Shown: positions 1-10,570 of the stretch, piece by piece
Layout: every line of letters starts with the position of its first letter
Position numbering within the stretch: position 1 is the stretch's first letter
Source of the DNA: Candidatus Binatia bacterium
GTDB lineage: Bacteria > Desulfobacterota > Binatia > UBA9968 > CAXXLF01
DNA length: 64,000 bases
Assembly (NCBI GenBank): GCA_963664015.2
Contig: CAXXLF010000002.1
Span: forward strand, 1,120,001 to 1,184,000
Direction of reading: 5' to 3'
Notes under the pieces: model-generated
Seen by the model: the letters and a program-made list of their open reading frames with translations, nothing else
What the model was told of the DNA's origin: nothing
Databases searched by the model: none
Program-made: the position numbers and the translations under genes

Positions 1-1191
1 GCCTTCATAATCACGTTCGGCTATGGGCTCATCTTACCCAGCCTGTCCCTGTACGCGGTTTCGCTGGGCGCCAGCCGTTCTTTTATCGGATTCATCGTCT
101 CCATATACGCTTTATCCCAGCTCCTGGCCCAGATCCCCGCGGGCCGCTTCGCGGATCGTTTGGGGCGAAAGAATTTCATCCTTATCGGTTGTGCGGGCCT
201 GGCCTCTGCCGCCGCCCTGAACAACTTTGCCTCGGAACCGACCCACTTTTTCATTTTCCAGGCCCTCGCCGGTGCATCGGCGGGCTGCATATTCCCCTCA
301 CTCATGGCCACATTAAGCGAGTCTGCCAAAGCCAATGTGCGGGGCAAGTTGATGGGCACCTTCAGCACGGTTTTCTTTCTGGGCATGGGGCTGGGGCCAT
401 TTGTGGGCGGACATGTCTCCACAGCGTTCGGATTTCTCGCTTCGTTCAACCTCTGGTCCGTAACCGCGATCCTGGCCGGGATAGTCGCAGCGTTGACTTT
501 CGAAGGGGCGCCGAAGAAATCGGCCTCTCAGCTAGTGGGGGACCGCGGATCGCCAAAAGTGGTCAAGAGTATGGTTCAGCCCGGGCTATTTCCCACATTC
601 ATAGCAACCCTCACCATGCGTGCCAGAGGGGGGTTTTGCGGCAGCTTCAATAACTCCATTCTGCCCCTCTACGTCGCCGTGCTATTCAACGCCACGCCCA
701 AGATGATCGGGGGCCTCATGCTGGTCCATGCGTTGGGACTGGCCTTCTTTAACATTCCCGGAGGAATTGTAGCCGATCGAGTGGGTCGTAAATGGCCTGC
801 AATCGCTGGATCTCTGGTCGCCACCACGGGAGTTTTTTGGTATTCATTCCCGGCCGGCTTTTGGGCGTTGCTGGCAGCGGTGGGACTGGCCGGAGCGGGC
901 TCCGCCTTTTCATCGCCCGCCCTCTCGGCATTGACAGCGGATATTTCGAACCCCGAACGGCGGGCCGAAGCCTTCGGTTATATTCTCAGTTCATTTCACG
1001 TCGGTATGATTCTGGGCTCGACCATATTTGGCGTAGTCGCCGATATCATCGATCTTCCCGGTGCCGTTCTGGCCTGGGGCGTTACCAGCCTCTTGCTCTC
1101 TCTAGTCGGCCTTTTGATCCGCGAGCACGGCTCCGTACCCGCCACGGCGAGCGTCCCCCAAAAGGCAGCCCAGAGCGCCGTCCGCCTATAG
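1..1191 (+). CDS. MFS transporter (5' end outside the window)
   Basis: Frame is open from base 1 (AFIITFGYGLILPSL...). MFS motif A occurs twice (GRFADRLGRK, GIVADRVGRK), with many hydrophobic segments. Confidence 0.9.
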   Translation, partial: AFIITFGYGLILPSLSLYAVSLGASRSFIGFIVSIYALSQLLAQIPAGRFADRLGRKNFILIGCAGLASAAALNNFASEPTHFFIFQALAGASAGCIFPSLMATLSESAKANVRGKLMGTFSTVFFLGMGLGPFVGGHVSTAFGFLASFNLWSVTAILAGIVAALTFEGAPKKSASQLVGDRGSPKVVKSMVQPGLFPTFIATLTMRARGGFCGSFNNSILPLYVAVLFNATPKMIGGLMLVHALGLAFFNIPGGIVADRVGRKWPAIAGSLVATTGVFWYSFPAGFWALLAAVGLAGAGSAFSSPALSALTADISNPERRAEAFGYILSSFHVGMILGSTIFGVVADIIDLPGAVLAWGVTSLLLSLVGLLIREHGSVPATASVPQKAAQSAVRL

Positions 1192-1239
1192 CCCCTTACC
1201 GGCAACCGCTCAACAGAACGATCTCAGCTTAAGAATATT

Positions 1240-1440
1240 ACCGCAGAGGCGCAGAGGTCGCAGAGAATTCATTTTTTGTTTGTCGGGAGACGACGACAAA
1301 CAAAAACTTGGCTCTTCTAAAGCGTAAGTCTTTTGCCCAATCGCCGTCTCCCGATTGGGCAAAACTTCTTCCCTCAGCGTACTCTGCGTCTCTGCGGTGA
1401 AATATCCGAATCCTTATCTGCGATAATCTGCGGTGAATAG
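1240..1440. repeat. Palindromic dispersed repeat (MITE/REPIN-like), copy 1
   Basis: Outer inverted repeat accgcagaggcgcagag (1240-1256) / ctctgcgtctctgcggt (1382-1398) encloses two hairpins (1273-1306, 1331-1364). The right part recurs at 47987-48139. Confidence 0.85.
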
Positions 1441-1496
1441 TCTTAACGCTTTGCGCCGTAAACGCAATTTCAGAGGAAATCTTTGAATATGTTTGT

Positions 1497-2000
1497 CTAG
1501 TCCTTATAGAGCCGGCCGCGATCGGTCTTTTTCCTGTCCCGGTCGAACCCCATCACCGGAACTCCGTATCCACAGCTCGTCATGGTGGATGTCACTTCGA
1601 TGTCAATGACCTGACGCGCCTTCGGCCCCATCTCGACCGCTGGTTTGCCCAACAGTCGCTCCGCTATGGGTGATTCCTCGATGTTCGTGACCGTCGCCTT
1701 ACCATACAGACGAACGACGGCGGCGTTTTTTCCCTCGAAGCAGGAGACCATAACGGTAATTGGCCCCCCGGTTCTGACGTGGCGCGCGGTTTCGTTGCCG
1801 CTGCCGAAATAATCCAGGAAGGCAACGTGATTAGCCGATAGAATGTGAAGCGGGACACCGCCTTTGGGTGAGACATTGACCGGACCTGCCCCATCGGAGC
1901 CCGATTGAAGTTTGGGATCAGCGGTAGCGACGAAAAACAGCTTTGCCCTATTGATAAGCTCCGCCTGTTCTTTAGTAATCGACTTGTAAAACTGTGACAT
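1497..2000 (-). CDS. Pyridoxamine 5'-phosphate oxidase-family FMN-binding protein
   Basis: Motifs FFVATA, VNVSPKG, LDYFGSGNET, VRLYG, TSCGYGVP. GGAGG RBS precedes ATG at 2000. Confidence 0.85.
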   Translation of the reverse strand: MSQFYKSITKEQAELINRAKLFFVATADPKLQSGSDGAGPVNVSPKGGVPLHILSANHVAFLDYFGSGNETARHVRTGGPITVMVSCFEGKNAAVVRLYGKATVTNIEESPIAERLLGKPAVEMGPKARQVIDIEVTSTMTSCGYGVPVMGFDRDRKKTDRGRLYKD

Positions 2001-2233
2001 GCTTTCCTCCTGCCCAACCGACTGGTTCAAACCCAAAGGAGTCGTTTATCCCTACCCACTAACTCCGGTACAGCTCTGATTGCAAGGCCACACAGTAAAC
2101 GATTCCTACGATGAGGGCACTAGCAGGTTGTTTCGAATGAGGCTTTTTCAGCAGCCTGCACGTGCCATCTGGCCAATTGGATACTGTTCGTGATATAGAC
2201 GCTTGGAGAAATTGCCAGATTAAAGGAGATGCC

Positions 2234-3181
2234 ATGAGCACTGAAAAAAAGGTTGCGTGTGGACTCATTGGCCCATTGAGTCTAAACAAGTCAACGGTCG
2301 ATCCGGATGAAATTAAAGCTTACTTCCAGCGCGCCGAGGAACTGGGATTTGACAGCGTCTGGTTGCCGGAACAGTCGGGTTTCAGAGGCAAGGTCGGCTC
2401 GCTGGAGAGCATGACCGTATTGAGCTACGCGGCGGCAGTGACCACACGGCTCAAATTGGGCTACGCAGTGATGTTGCTCAATCTGCGCAATCCCATGCAC
2501 GTGGCCAAAGGTTTGGCGAGCATCGACCAGTTGAGCCAGGGGAGGTTAATTTTAGGAGTGGCACTGGGGGCTTCCACCGCGGTCTATAGCGCATACGGTT
2601 TGGAGCCCGAGCACCGGGTAACGAGATTCAACGAGGCGCTCAATTACGTTAGAGCCCTGTGGACTGAAGAAGACCTGACCTTCGAGGGGAAGTATTGGCA
2701 GGTCAAAAACGCCAACCTCCTGCCCAAGCCATTTCAAAAACCCCATCCGCCCCTCTGGTTTGGCGGCAGCGCACCGGCGGCCCTGAAACGAGCCGTGCGT
2801 CGCGGCACCGGCTTTATCGGAGCCGGTTCCTCATCCACCGCTGATTTCAGATCCCATGTGCAAACCATTCTGAAAGAGCTTGATGCGGCCGGAAAGGACC
2901 CGAAGGACTTTGCCATTGCGAAGCGGGTCAACCTCGCCGTGGATAAAGACAGTGACCGCGCACATAGGCGGCTCAGGGAATGGTTCGGCGGATATTACAA
3001 CAAGCCCGACCAGGCCGACCGTGTGGCGGTGTGGGGCAGTCCCGAGCAAGTCATTGAAGGACTACAGGAAGTCATCTCCGCCGGCGCTCGCCTCGTAATC
3101 TTGAGTCCCGTCTTCGACGGCATGGAGCAGATGGAAATTCTGGCTAGCCAAGTAGTTCCGCACATCACTGGCGTGAAGTAG
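2234..3181 (+). CDS. LLM-class (luciferase-like) flavin-dependent oxidoreductase
   Basis: Motifs AEELGFDSVW, AAAVTTRLKLG, DQLSQGRLILGV, PKPFQKPHPPLWFGG. AAGGAG RBS precedes ATG at 2234. Confidence 0.9.
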   Translation: MSTEKKVACGLIGPLSLNKSTVDPDEIKAYFQRAEELGFDSVWLPEQSGFRGKVGSLESMTVLSYAAAVTTRLKLGYAVMLLNLRNPMHVAKGLASIDQLSQGRLILGVALGASTAVYSAYGLEPEHRVTRFNEALNYVRALWTEEDLTFEGKYWQVKNANLLPKPFQKPHPPLWFGGSAPAALKRAVRRGTGFIGAGSSSTADFRSHVQTILKELDAAGKDPKDFAIAKRVNLAVDKDSDRAHRRLREWFGGYYNKPDQADRVAVWGSPEQVIEGLQEVISAGARLVILSPVFDGMEQMEILASQVVPHITGVK

Positions 3182-3239
3182 TAGAATTGCATCAAATTAA
3201 ACGGCCGTAACTGAGCTCTGCGTTACACCGCATTTTGCC

Positions 3240-3953
3240 TTAACTCGTTCCCCAGATCAGGACTTCCGCACCGATGGTCCCATTTGCGATTAATTTGCGG
3301 CTGCCAGCGGCCATCAGTGGCACGGCGTCTCAATTAGCGAGTCCACCTGCACCTTTTAGTTTCACAGCTCCCCGCGCCACGAAGAGATATACAAAGGGTG
3401 CATCGGGAACGGTCGTGGTTTCTCTCGGCTTGAGACGCCCGGCCCAGAGGACGGCGCCGCGCTGGCGGATGGATATGGCCGCGTAGTGGTCACGACCGGA
3501 AGCGACGGGGACCAAACCACCCCCTTCGAGCTGGGGATTGATGTCCAACTGTTCGTAACCCGGTTTGATCTTTTCAGTATCCGGAGGCACCTACATCTGG
3601 ATAAAGTGCACGTCCTTACCATCCCTCGGGTTCAACTCGGAATGCCAGATGCCGGTCCCGGCGCTCATCCGTTAGGCCAGCCCGGGGTAGATGATCCCTG
3701 AATTACCTTCCGAGTCCTTGTGCTTAAGCTCGCCATCCAGAACCCATGTTACGATTTCCATGTCACGGTGGGGGTGGGTCTGAAACCCGGCCCCCCCTTT
3801 GACGATATCGTTGTTGCTTACGAGCAGGAGCCCGTGGCCGGTATTTTTCGGATCGTAATAGTGACCGAAGCTAAAGCTGTGATAAGAATCGAGCCATCCG
3901 ATCCTCGTATGAAAGCGTTCGGAAGCGCGGTGGATATCGATTGCCGCGGTCAT
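3240..3953 (-). pseudogene. Pirin-family (YhhW-like) protein with three in-frame stops
   Basis: GWLDSYHSFSF and HPHRDMEIVT. One frame continues LA*RMSAGTGIWHSE (TAA 3672), FIQM*V (TAG about 3591), AN*DAV (TGA 3330) to the final TAA at 3240; 238 codons. Confidence 0.88.
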
Positions 3954-4138
3954 GACCTCGCCGCTATTTGATGTCTTATCCATAGCCATACCTACACTCC
4001 TTGAAATCCCCACCTATCTCTTAATAAAAGGTCAATCCACATATCCAATTTGTAAAGTACTCATCCCGAATGCTATTTGCTTGTGCGGGAGCAAGCACGG
4101 GCATGGAACTGAATGCTGCGTAAGGAAAGGAACGAACA

Positions 4139-5584
4139 ATGACGATCAGAATAGACGGCGGAGTCGTAGTGGGGTGGTCCGGGACCCATCACGAATTGAT
4201 TCTTGACGGCAGTGTGGTGATCGATGGAGATTCAATCACCTATGTGGGCACCGACCGGACCAAACCAGTGGACCGGATTATCGACGCATCGGGGAAACTC
4301 GTCTGCCCTGGTTTTATCAATCTACACGTTCATTCTCAACTCAACATCGGTGATTACCTGCTTACGGACACGAACAAACGGGATTACTGGACAGCCAACT
4401 ATTTTGTCTTTGGCGCACCGGCCAAGGGTAAACCCGCCCCATTTACTCCGGAAGGAATTGCTATAGGCAGGAAATATGCGCTTTTAAGCGCCCTCATGAA
4501 CGGCGCAACTACCATTCTCGATCCGGGAAGTGGGCCCGGTGATCTTGATGGCTATGTGGAAATCGTGGGCGCTGTGGGGGGCAGGGTTTTCTTTGGTCCT
4601 TCATTCCGGAGTCACGATACTGTCACCGATCAGGAGGGGCGCCACCACTATGAAGAACGCGCCGACCACGGCCGTCCGGGCCTTCAAGTGGCGGTGGATT
4701 TTATTGGCAATCACCACGGGGCCCACAACGGGCGGTTGCAGGGTATCATCAACCCGGGCCAGGCAGAGACCTCCGAGCCCTCACTGCTAAAAGAGGCAGT
4801 GGCGGCGGCGACCGAACTGGGGGTGGGCATCTCCATCCACGCGGGAGGGAACCTGCGCGAGGTCGTGTACATTCTTTATAATTACCGACAGACCGTCCTC
4901 GAATACCTTGCCGATGCCGGTATCCTGCGGCCCAAGACGGTCCTCGGCCACAGCGTCCTTACCGGAGATCACTCGAGGCTGGAGCGACCCTTTTCCGACG
5001 AGTTAAAATTGCTGGCCGAGTCCGGCGCATCGGTTGGCCACTGCCCGCACAAGTACGCAAAGATGGCCCTGGCACTGGAGTCTTTTGATCGTTTCGTGGA
5101 AGCCGGCGTCAATGTCGGGCTAGGCACCGACACCTATCCCCTCGATATCGTCTCGGAGCTACGATACACCTCGTTGATCTCGCGGCTGGTGGACAGAAAA
5201 TACTATGGCGCCCGCCCGTCGAGTGTTTTTAATGCCGCTACGGTGGGAGGGGCTAAGGCGCTCGGAAGAGATGATCTGGGTCGGCTCGCACCGGGTGCCA
5301 AGGCCGACGTTGTCATCGTGAACCAACGGACGACCCGCTACGGACCCGTGCGCGATCCGATCACGGCGCTGGTCGAATACGGCTCAGGCACCGATGTGGA
5401 AACGGTGTTGGTCAACGGGAGAGTTGTTATTGAAGATGGCCGCTCGACTTGCATCGATGAGGACGACCTATACGCCCGTGCTGATCAGGCGGCCAACCGG
5501 GCCTGGGACAACTGGCCCAAGCGGGACTGGGCCGGTCGGTCGGTTCAGGAAATCCTACCGCCCGCATTCCCAACCAGAACTTAG
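4139..5584 (+). CDS. Amidohydrolase family protein (chlorohydrolase/deaminase-like)
   Basis: Motifs PGFINLHVH, SIHAG, VLGHS, VGLGTD, ATVGGAKALG, GRLAPGAKAD. Confidence 0.9.
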   Translation: MTIRIDGGVVVGWSGTHHELILDGSVVIDGDSITYVGTDRTKPVDRIIDASGKLVCPGFINLHVHSQLNIGDYLLTDTNKRDYWTANYFVFGAPAKGKPAPFTPEGIAIGRKYALLSALMNGATTILDPGSGPGDLDGYVEIVGAVGGRVFFGPSFRSHDTVTDQEGRHHYEERADHGRPGLQVAVDFIGNHHGAHNGRLQGIINPGQAETSEPSLLKEAVAAATELGVGISIHAGGNLREVVYILYNYRQTVLEYLADAGILRPKTVLGHSVLTGDHSRLERPFSDELKLLAESGASVGHCPHKYAKMALALESFDRFVEAGVNVGLGTDTYPLDIVSELRYTSLISRLVDRKYYGARPSSVFNAATVGGAKALGRDDLGRLAPGAKADVVIVNQRTTRYGPVRDPITALVEYGSGTDVETVLVNGRVVIEDGRSTCIDEDDLYARADQAANRAWDNWPKRDWAGRSVQEILPPAFPTRT

Positions 5585-5597
5585 TAAAGCTTTTCGT

Positions 5598-6440
5598 TTA
5601 GCGTAGGATCGTGGTCGACGATAGCGGTTTGGTGGCGGCGTGATAGCGCTCAAACCACACCACTTCATCCATAGCCCCCGAGTAGGCCTCCGCGAGTGCG
5701 TCACGGTCGATAGGATCGATCTCACCCCGTGCTATGGCCTCGATGCGCTCCTTGGGAATCGGGTTGCCATACTGATAATTGCGCCCGTGGAGACGGATGG
5801 TCGAGTATTCACAAATCACCTCTAGGGCTTTTTCCTCGTCTTCCTCACTCTTCACCAGACTATAAAGCGAGTGGCGATTGCCCAACACATCGCCGTGCGC
5901 CATTTCGTCGTGCAGGATCATCTTACCGACTTCCGCGAGGAGATTCTCGTAGTCACCGCCGTTGAGGCCGATCACTCCGAAGGCGACCGAGCCGGCCCCG
6001 CCACTGTTGAAGGAGCCCGCTGATCCGTGCAGTGGGGATACGGCCTCCCATTTACTTCGGCACTCCCTTTCCTTGCGGCCGTACTGGGTCCACTCGGCAG
6101 TGTCCCGCTGGACGTTCAGCTCTTTCCAGTCGACGCGCTCACCGCTGATACCTTCCAGAAGATAAGCGAGAGTGGCGTAGTGGCGGATCTCGAAGTAGTG
6201 TTCGGCCAAATTATGGACCAGATCTTCCCGCAGGACGCCGTGGTCGGTGCGGTCGACCACGTCCGTCAACTCGCCCTGGGATATCTCACGGAGATTACGC
6301 ACCTCCCGGGCCACCTGGATCCTAAGCGAAAAGACGTGCTGTACGAGGGGTCTCGGCTTGGAGAAAAAGGTCCGTGATATCTCCGCCTCGCCGGCCCGAA
6401 ACCGGGCGCATGTGTCCTCGATCTTATCCATTAAAGCCAT
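5598..6440 (-). CDS. Putative ferritin-like (diiron) protein
   Basis: Helical 280-aa ORF with two ExxH motifs (FEIRH, DEMAH) about 95 aa apart. AAGGAG RBS. Confidence 0.6.
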   Translation of the reverse strand: MALMDKIEDTCARFRAGEAEISRTFFSKPRPLVQHVFSLRIQVAREVRNLREISQGELTDVVDRTDHGVLREDLVHNLAEHYFEIRHYATLAYLLEGISGERVDWKELNVQRDTAEWTQYGRKERECRSKWEAVSPLHGSAGSFNSGGAGSVAFGVIGLNGGDYENLLAEVGKMILHDEMAHGDVLGNRHSLYSLVKSEEDEEKALEVICEYSTIRLHGRNYQYGNPIPKERIEAIARGEIDPIDRDALAEAYSGAMDEVVWFERYHAATKPLSSTTILR

Positions 6441-6618
6441 CGCAATTCACTCCTTTTTTTTTGGGGGGGGTCTCTTGCCATTCCAAGCTTATACGAGCGT
6501 AAGCATTCTGACCCGATTCTGTCAACTCCACTAAGGGCGTTGACCTGGCGGGGAACGCTGTGGTACCACATTCCTTGAAGGGAATAGAATCCCATATTCT
6601 CCAAAGGAGGTAAGAATC

Positions 6619-6999
6619 ATGTCCATTGAATTCGCCGATATGCATGAACTGGCCAAGGCAAAGAAGCGAAAGAGCATAATCAACACGCCGCGTTTCCATG
6701 CCTGGCATCATTACTATCCTCCAGGCAAAAAGGACGAGATGCACTGCCACAATGCGGATCAGACCTTTTATGTGATCGAAGGGGAGTGCACCATGACTTT
6801 CCCTGATGGCAACAAAAAAGTGCTCACCCCGGGCATGGTCGCAATGATTACGGGGGGGTCTTTCTATCAGCTGGAGAACGCGGGTTCAGGCCCTATGGTT
6901 ATGATGGGCAACCGATCGGGATCGCAAGAAATTCTTAAAACCATTAGCCATGCGACGGGCAAGGAAATCCGCTTCGGCAATTCTCGTAAAACAGCTTAA
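6619..6999 (+). CDS. Cupin domain protein
   Basis: MHCHNADQTFYVIEGE and LTPGMVAMI; strong AAGGAGG RBS. Confidence 0.85.
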   Translation: MSIEFADMHELAKAKKRKSIINTPRFHAWHHYYPPGKKDEMHCHNADQTFYVIEGECTMTFPDGNKKVLTPGMVAMITGGSFYQLENAGSGPMVMMGNRSGSQEILKTISHATGKEIRFGNSRKTA

Positions 7000-7039
7000 G
7001 CTGTTTTCTCTGGGATTTTGAAAAGCGGTATCTTCGAGA

Positions 7040-7336
7040 TCACGCTTTCCCTTTAAAAAAAGGCCGGGTGTTTTTCCTTCTGCATAGTCCTTGAGCCGGT
7101 ACAGCAAGGTACCCCAGGCAGTCCCATACAACCTGGTTGTCGGGAACGAGCTCTACCAATCGAGCACGCAGATGGGTTCCCTCCTCACCATGGCTGAACT
7201 CTGCGATACTTCCGACACGGGGCTCCACTATCATGTCTGACGTCCACCACGCGCGCAGTCCCGCTTGTGTGGATAGAGACTGGTAAACCGTGCTGGGTGA
7301 TGCGCATATCCTCACCTGCTGCTTCATCTGGGACAT
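7040..7336 (-). pseudogene. SRPBCC/AHSA1-domain protein with internal deletion and frameshift
   Basis: ASPSTVYQSLSTQAGLRAWW...VVWDCL jumps directly to the family C-terminus GTLLYRLKDYAEGK in another frame. Confidence 0.7.
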
Positions 7337-7494
7337 TTAAGCCTCCAACTCATTGACACGACCCCAAACGATATAGCACCCTATTAAAGCGCCTCGGCCT
7401 TCGTCAAGCTCCTAACGAATACAATACCCACATGAAGGGAGCCACGGTCTTGCATTTCATCGATCAAGACTTTATTAAGGATTAGATTGGAATC

Positions 7495-7947
7495 ATGCTA
7501 CAGCGAAGCACAAGTTGCCTGATCCTCTTGATCTCTCTGTCAATACCCCCCCCCGCTTCTGCCGATCCGAGGATACTTGAGTTGATGTTCGCACGAAGCG
7601 TCGTGCTCCGGGAGCCCGTGAATCCTTTCCTGCCGGGTGCCCACTGCCAGGGCCAAAACGACTCAAACGGTCCTATACCCATCATAGACTCCCAGGTGGA
7701 AACCGAGATCTATTTTTGGAGCCTTTTTACAGATGCGAGCAACGGTGTATTACACCACAGCTGGGTTAAAAACGGAGTCGAGCGTTACGGTGAAGACATC
7801 AAGATCGGAGAATCCGGTTGGTGGCGCAGCTGGAGCGCAAAGAGCATCGTTCCCAAAGAGGATACGGGAAAGTGGAAGGTAGTGGTTTCCAGGGTGGATG
7901 AACAAACCAGTAAAGTCCTCTGTGTGGTCCATTTCAGGATAGAGTAA
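7495..7947 (+). CDS. Secreted DUF2914-like protein
   Basis: Signal peptide; motifs REPV, IYFWS, HHSW, WRSWSAKSI, GKWKVVV. Confidence 0.7.
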   Translation: MLQRSTSCLILLISLSIPPPASADPRILELMFARSVVLREPVNPFLPGAHCQGQNDSNGPIPIIDSQVETEIYFWSLFTDASNGVLHHSWVKNGVERYGEDIKIGESGWWRSWSAKSIVPKEDTGKWKVVVSRVDEQTSKVLCVVHFRIE

Positions 7948-8057
7948 CCCTCCCCCTTTGTCCCTATTCCCATACTTCATACCTGGCCTCATCGACCGTC
8001 AGAGCACTCCCAACAATAAAAATTGCCCTCCGATAGCACTAATCCTAACATAGAGTT

Positions 8058-9453
8058 ATGGCATCTGGCAGGCCTATAGACCGGCATAGGGAACCTGACA
8101 TCCACACGATTCCCGGAGAGCTTCCGCGCTTTTGGGATCGAAACGTCCTATTTTTCTCCAATATCCACTCAATCTTTTATGACAACGTGGAAGAGGAAAG
8201 GCAGCTCATCGAAAGAATCTCCGGTGCAAAAACCTATGGGAGCCGGGTCCTTTCAATTCTCGACCTACTCTATACAAAGCCAGCCCAATCTAATGCTCCT
8301 GGAGGGGAAGCCGGATCCCAATCTCGTGCACTATCTCTCCGAGGAGCTCGGCTTATCCATACCCCAGCACGAGATCTTGAAACCAAACGACTACCCATCG
8401 CTTGCCTCCATAATCGCGGGGAAGCCCTCCCCGTCGACTCAGTCACGGGTGGAAGAACTCCGCCACCACCCGGCTCCCTGGATCGACGGATTCGTGACCG
8501 ATCGCGTTCTTGTGGAAGTAGCCGCAGCACTGGGCAAGAAGACAGTAAGCACCCTGGAGGGGAGTCAAAACGGCAACAACAAATACCTGCTCTACCAGCA
8601 TCAATTGGAGAAGGAACTTCCCGTGTTCGAAACCCTCATCGCCTACGATCATGGCGAACTCGCCAATGGTCTCGCCGAATTGGGCCGCAAGGGCTACCAA
8701 AAGGCCGTGGTGAAGGCCCAGATCGGGGCTTCAGGGTCCGGCATGATTCAACTGGCAACGAATGACTTGAATGTAGAGGGAGTGCCGGACTTTATGTTTC
8801 TTGAAGGTCCCTACATGGTTCAAGGTCGGATCGACGAGAGTATGGCAGGAGTCCGGCGGGTAGGCTCACCCAGTGTTCAACTCTTTCTCAATGACGATGC
8901 TCTCTTTCTCTTCGACTTGACGGAGCAGATCTTGAGCGCGCAGAGTGTCCACGAAGGCAATATTTCTCCGCCCCCATACTTAAGCGATCACCCCGACCTG
9001 AAAGACGAACTGCTACGCCAGGCCCAGGTGGCGGGAGAATGGCTATTTGCTCAGGGCTACCGATGGACCGCAAGTACCGATTTCATTGTCATCGAGCGGG
9101 ATGGAAAGGCTGAAACGATTCTGTGCGAGATCAATGCACGCGTCACGGGAGCCACCTATCCGGCGGTCCTGGCACGGCACTTCCAGCCTCACGGTAGCTG
9201 GTGTATGAGAAATATTAGCTTTTGCAGTCCTCTGGAGGGCCAGAGGTTGCTCTCGCTCATGAAACGCGCTGGAGTCCTGTACCAGAGAGGCGCACCCAAG
9301 GGCATGCTGCCCTTCAACTTTAACACCGAGGCTGCGGGCAAGGTGATCAAAGGACAGTTCCTTTGTATTGGGGAGGATGGCGACGAATGCTTCACACTTC
9401 TAACCCACGCGTGGTCCGTGCTGCCCGTAGAATGGGGATATGACCGTGACTGA
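8058..9453 (+). pseudogene. ATP-grasp ligase (PGM1/BesA-like) with one +1 frameshift near 8274
   Basis: Frame from 8058 (..ILDLLY) joins the 8179 frame (QSQPNLMLLE..). ATP-grasp motifs VVKAQIGASGSG, SPSVQ, HEGN, DFIV, CEINARVTGATYP. May be a true pseudogene or an assembly indel. Confidence 0.7.
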
Positions 9454-10570
9454 CCCACATGTGCTAAGTTCCGATGTTCTACGTAAACGGCTAATCGGGC
9501 TGACACGCGACCTGATCATGATCCCAAGTACCGGCGACCGGCCGGAGGAGATTGACCGGTGTATGGAGTTTGTCATCAACCATACGGAAGTATCCAAATC
9601 GGTGAAGGTCATGAGGTTTCACGAACACGGCGTCCTGTCCACCGTGCTTCTGCCTAAGGAAGTAGAAAGGCCCGAGGTCATGCTATTTGGTCATCTCGAC
9701 GTGGTCTCCCTCCCCGAGGGGGCCGAGTACCGTTCTTCCGTCCGGGACGGGCGGATATACGGACCCGGCGCAGGGGATATGAAAGGAGAGCTGGCCATCC
9801 TGATGGAGCTATTCCGCGTCTTCCACGAGAAGCATCCCAGAATCTCTTTGGGGCTTACGGTGACTTCCGATGAAGAAATCGGTGGCACCTGGGGCACACG
9901 CTTTCTTCTGGAGGACTTCGGACTGCGTTGCGGGGCAGCGATCATTCCCGATTCCGGTTCCTTGAACGAAATTGCAGTCGAGGAAAAGGGGATGCTCCAC
10001 CTAAAGATTCACGTGCGCGGAACTGCCGGGCATGCCTGTCGGCCGTGGCTGGCGGACAACCCCATGGATCGTATGTTCACCGCCATCAACAGGATTCGGG
10101 ATCATTTTAATAAACTCGCCAATGGAGACGGCTACTGGTACCCGACCTGTACCTTTACGGGAATTCATACCCCCAACCGGGTAGCTAACCGAATTCCTGA
10201 CAACACGGAAACGACCTGCGACATCCGATTCCCGTCTCCCTACACAACCGACCAGATGATCTCCGCCATCAAAGGCCTTCTGGACGATCAGATGCAGATA
10301 GAAACCCTCGTCTCAGCGGAACCGACGCTCCTGTCGCCGGACCCCCTTTACCTCAAGGTCACCGAAGAGATCACGGGTCAACCGGTAAGCCTGCTTCGCG
10401 AGCATGGCGGCAGCGACGCCAGGTATATTGCCCGTTACGGTATCCCGGTCATCATGTCCAGGCCATTCATTGGCAATCTGCATACGGATAACGAATGGAT
10501 CGACCTGGAGTCCATGGAGACCCTTTATCGCATTTACGAACGCTACCTGGAGGCCAAGCTGACCGGTTAG
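9440..10570 (+). CDS. M20 family metallopeptidase (DapE/ArgE-like)
   Basis: Motifs GHLDVV, YGPGAGDMKG, SDEEIGG, GHACRPW, GGSDAR, LHTDNEW. Start overlaps the upstream gene end. Confidence 0.9.
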   Translation: MTVTDPHVLSSDVLRKRLIGLTRDLIMIPSTGDRPEEIDRCMEFVINHTEVSKSVKVMRFHEHGVLSTVLLPKEVERPEVMLFGHLDVVSLPEGAEYRSSVRDGRIYGPGAGDMKGELAILMELFRVFHEKHPRISLGLTVTSDEEIGGTWGTRFLLEDFGLRCGAAIIPDSGSLNEIAVEEKGMLHLKIHVRGTAGHACRPWLADNPMDRMFTAINRIRDHFNKLANGDGYWYPTCTFTGIHTPNRVANRIPDNTETTCDIRFPSPYTTDQMISAIKGLLDDQMQIETLVSAEPTLLSPDPLYLKVTEEITGQPVSLLREHGGSDARYIARYGIPVIMSRPFIGNLHTDNEWIDLESMETLYRIYERYLEAKLTG

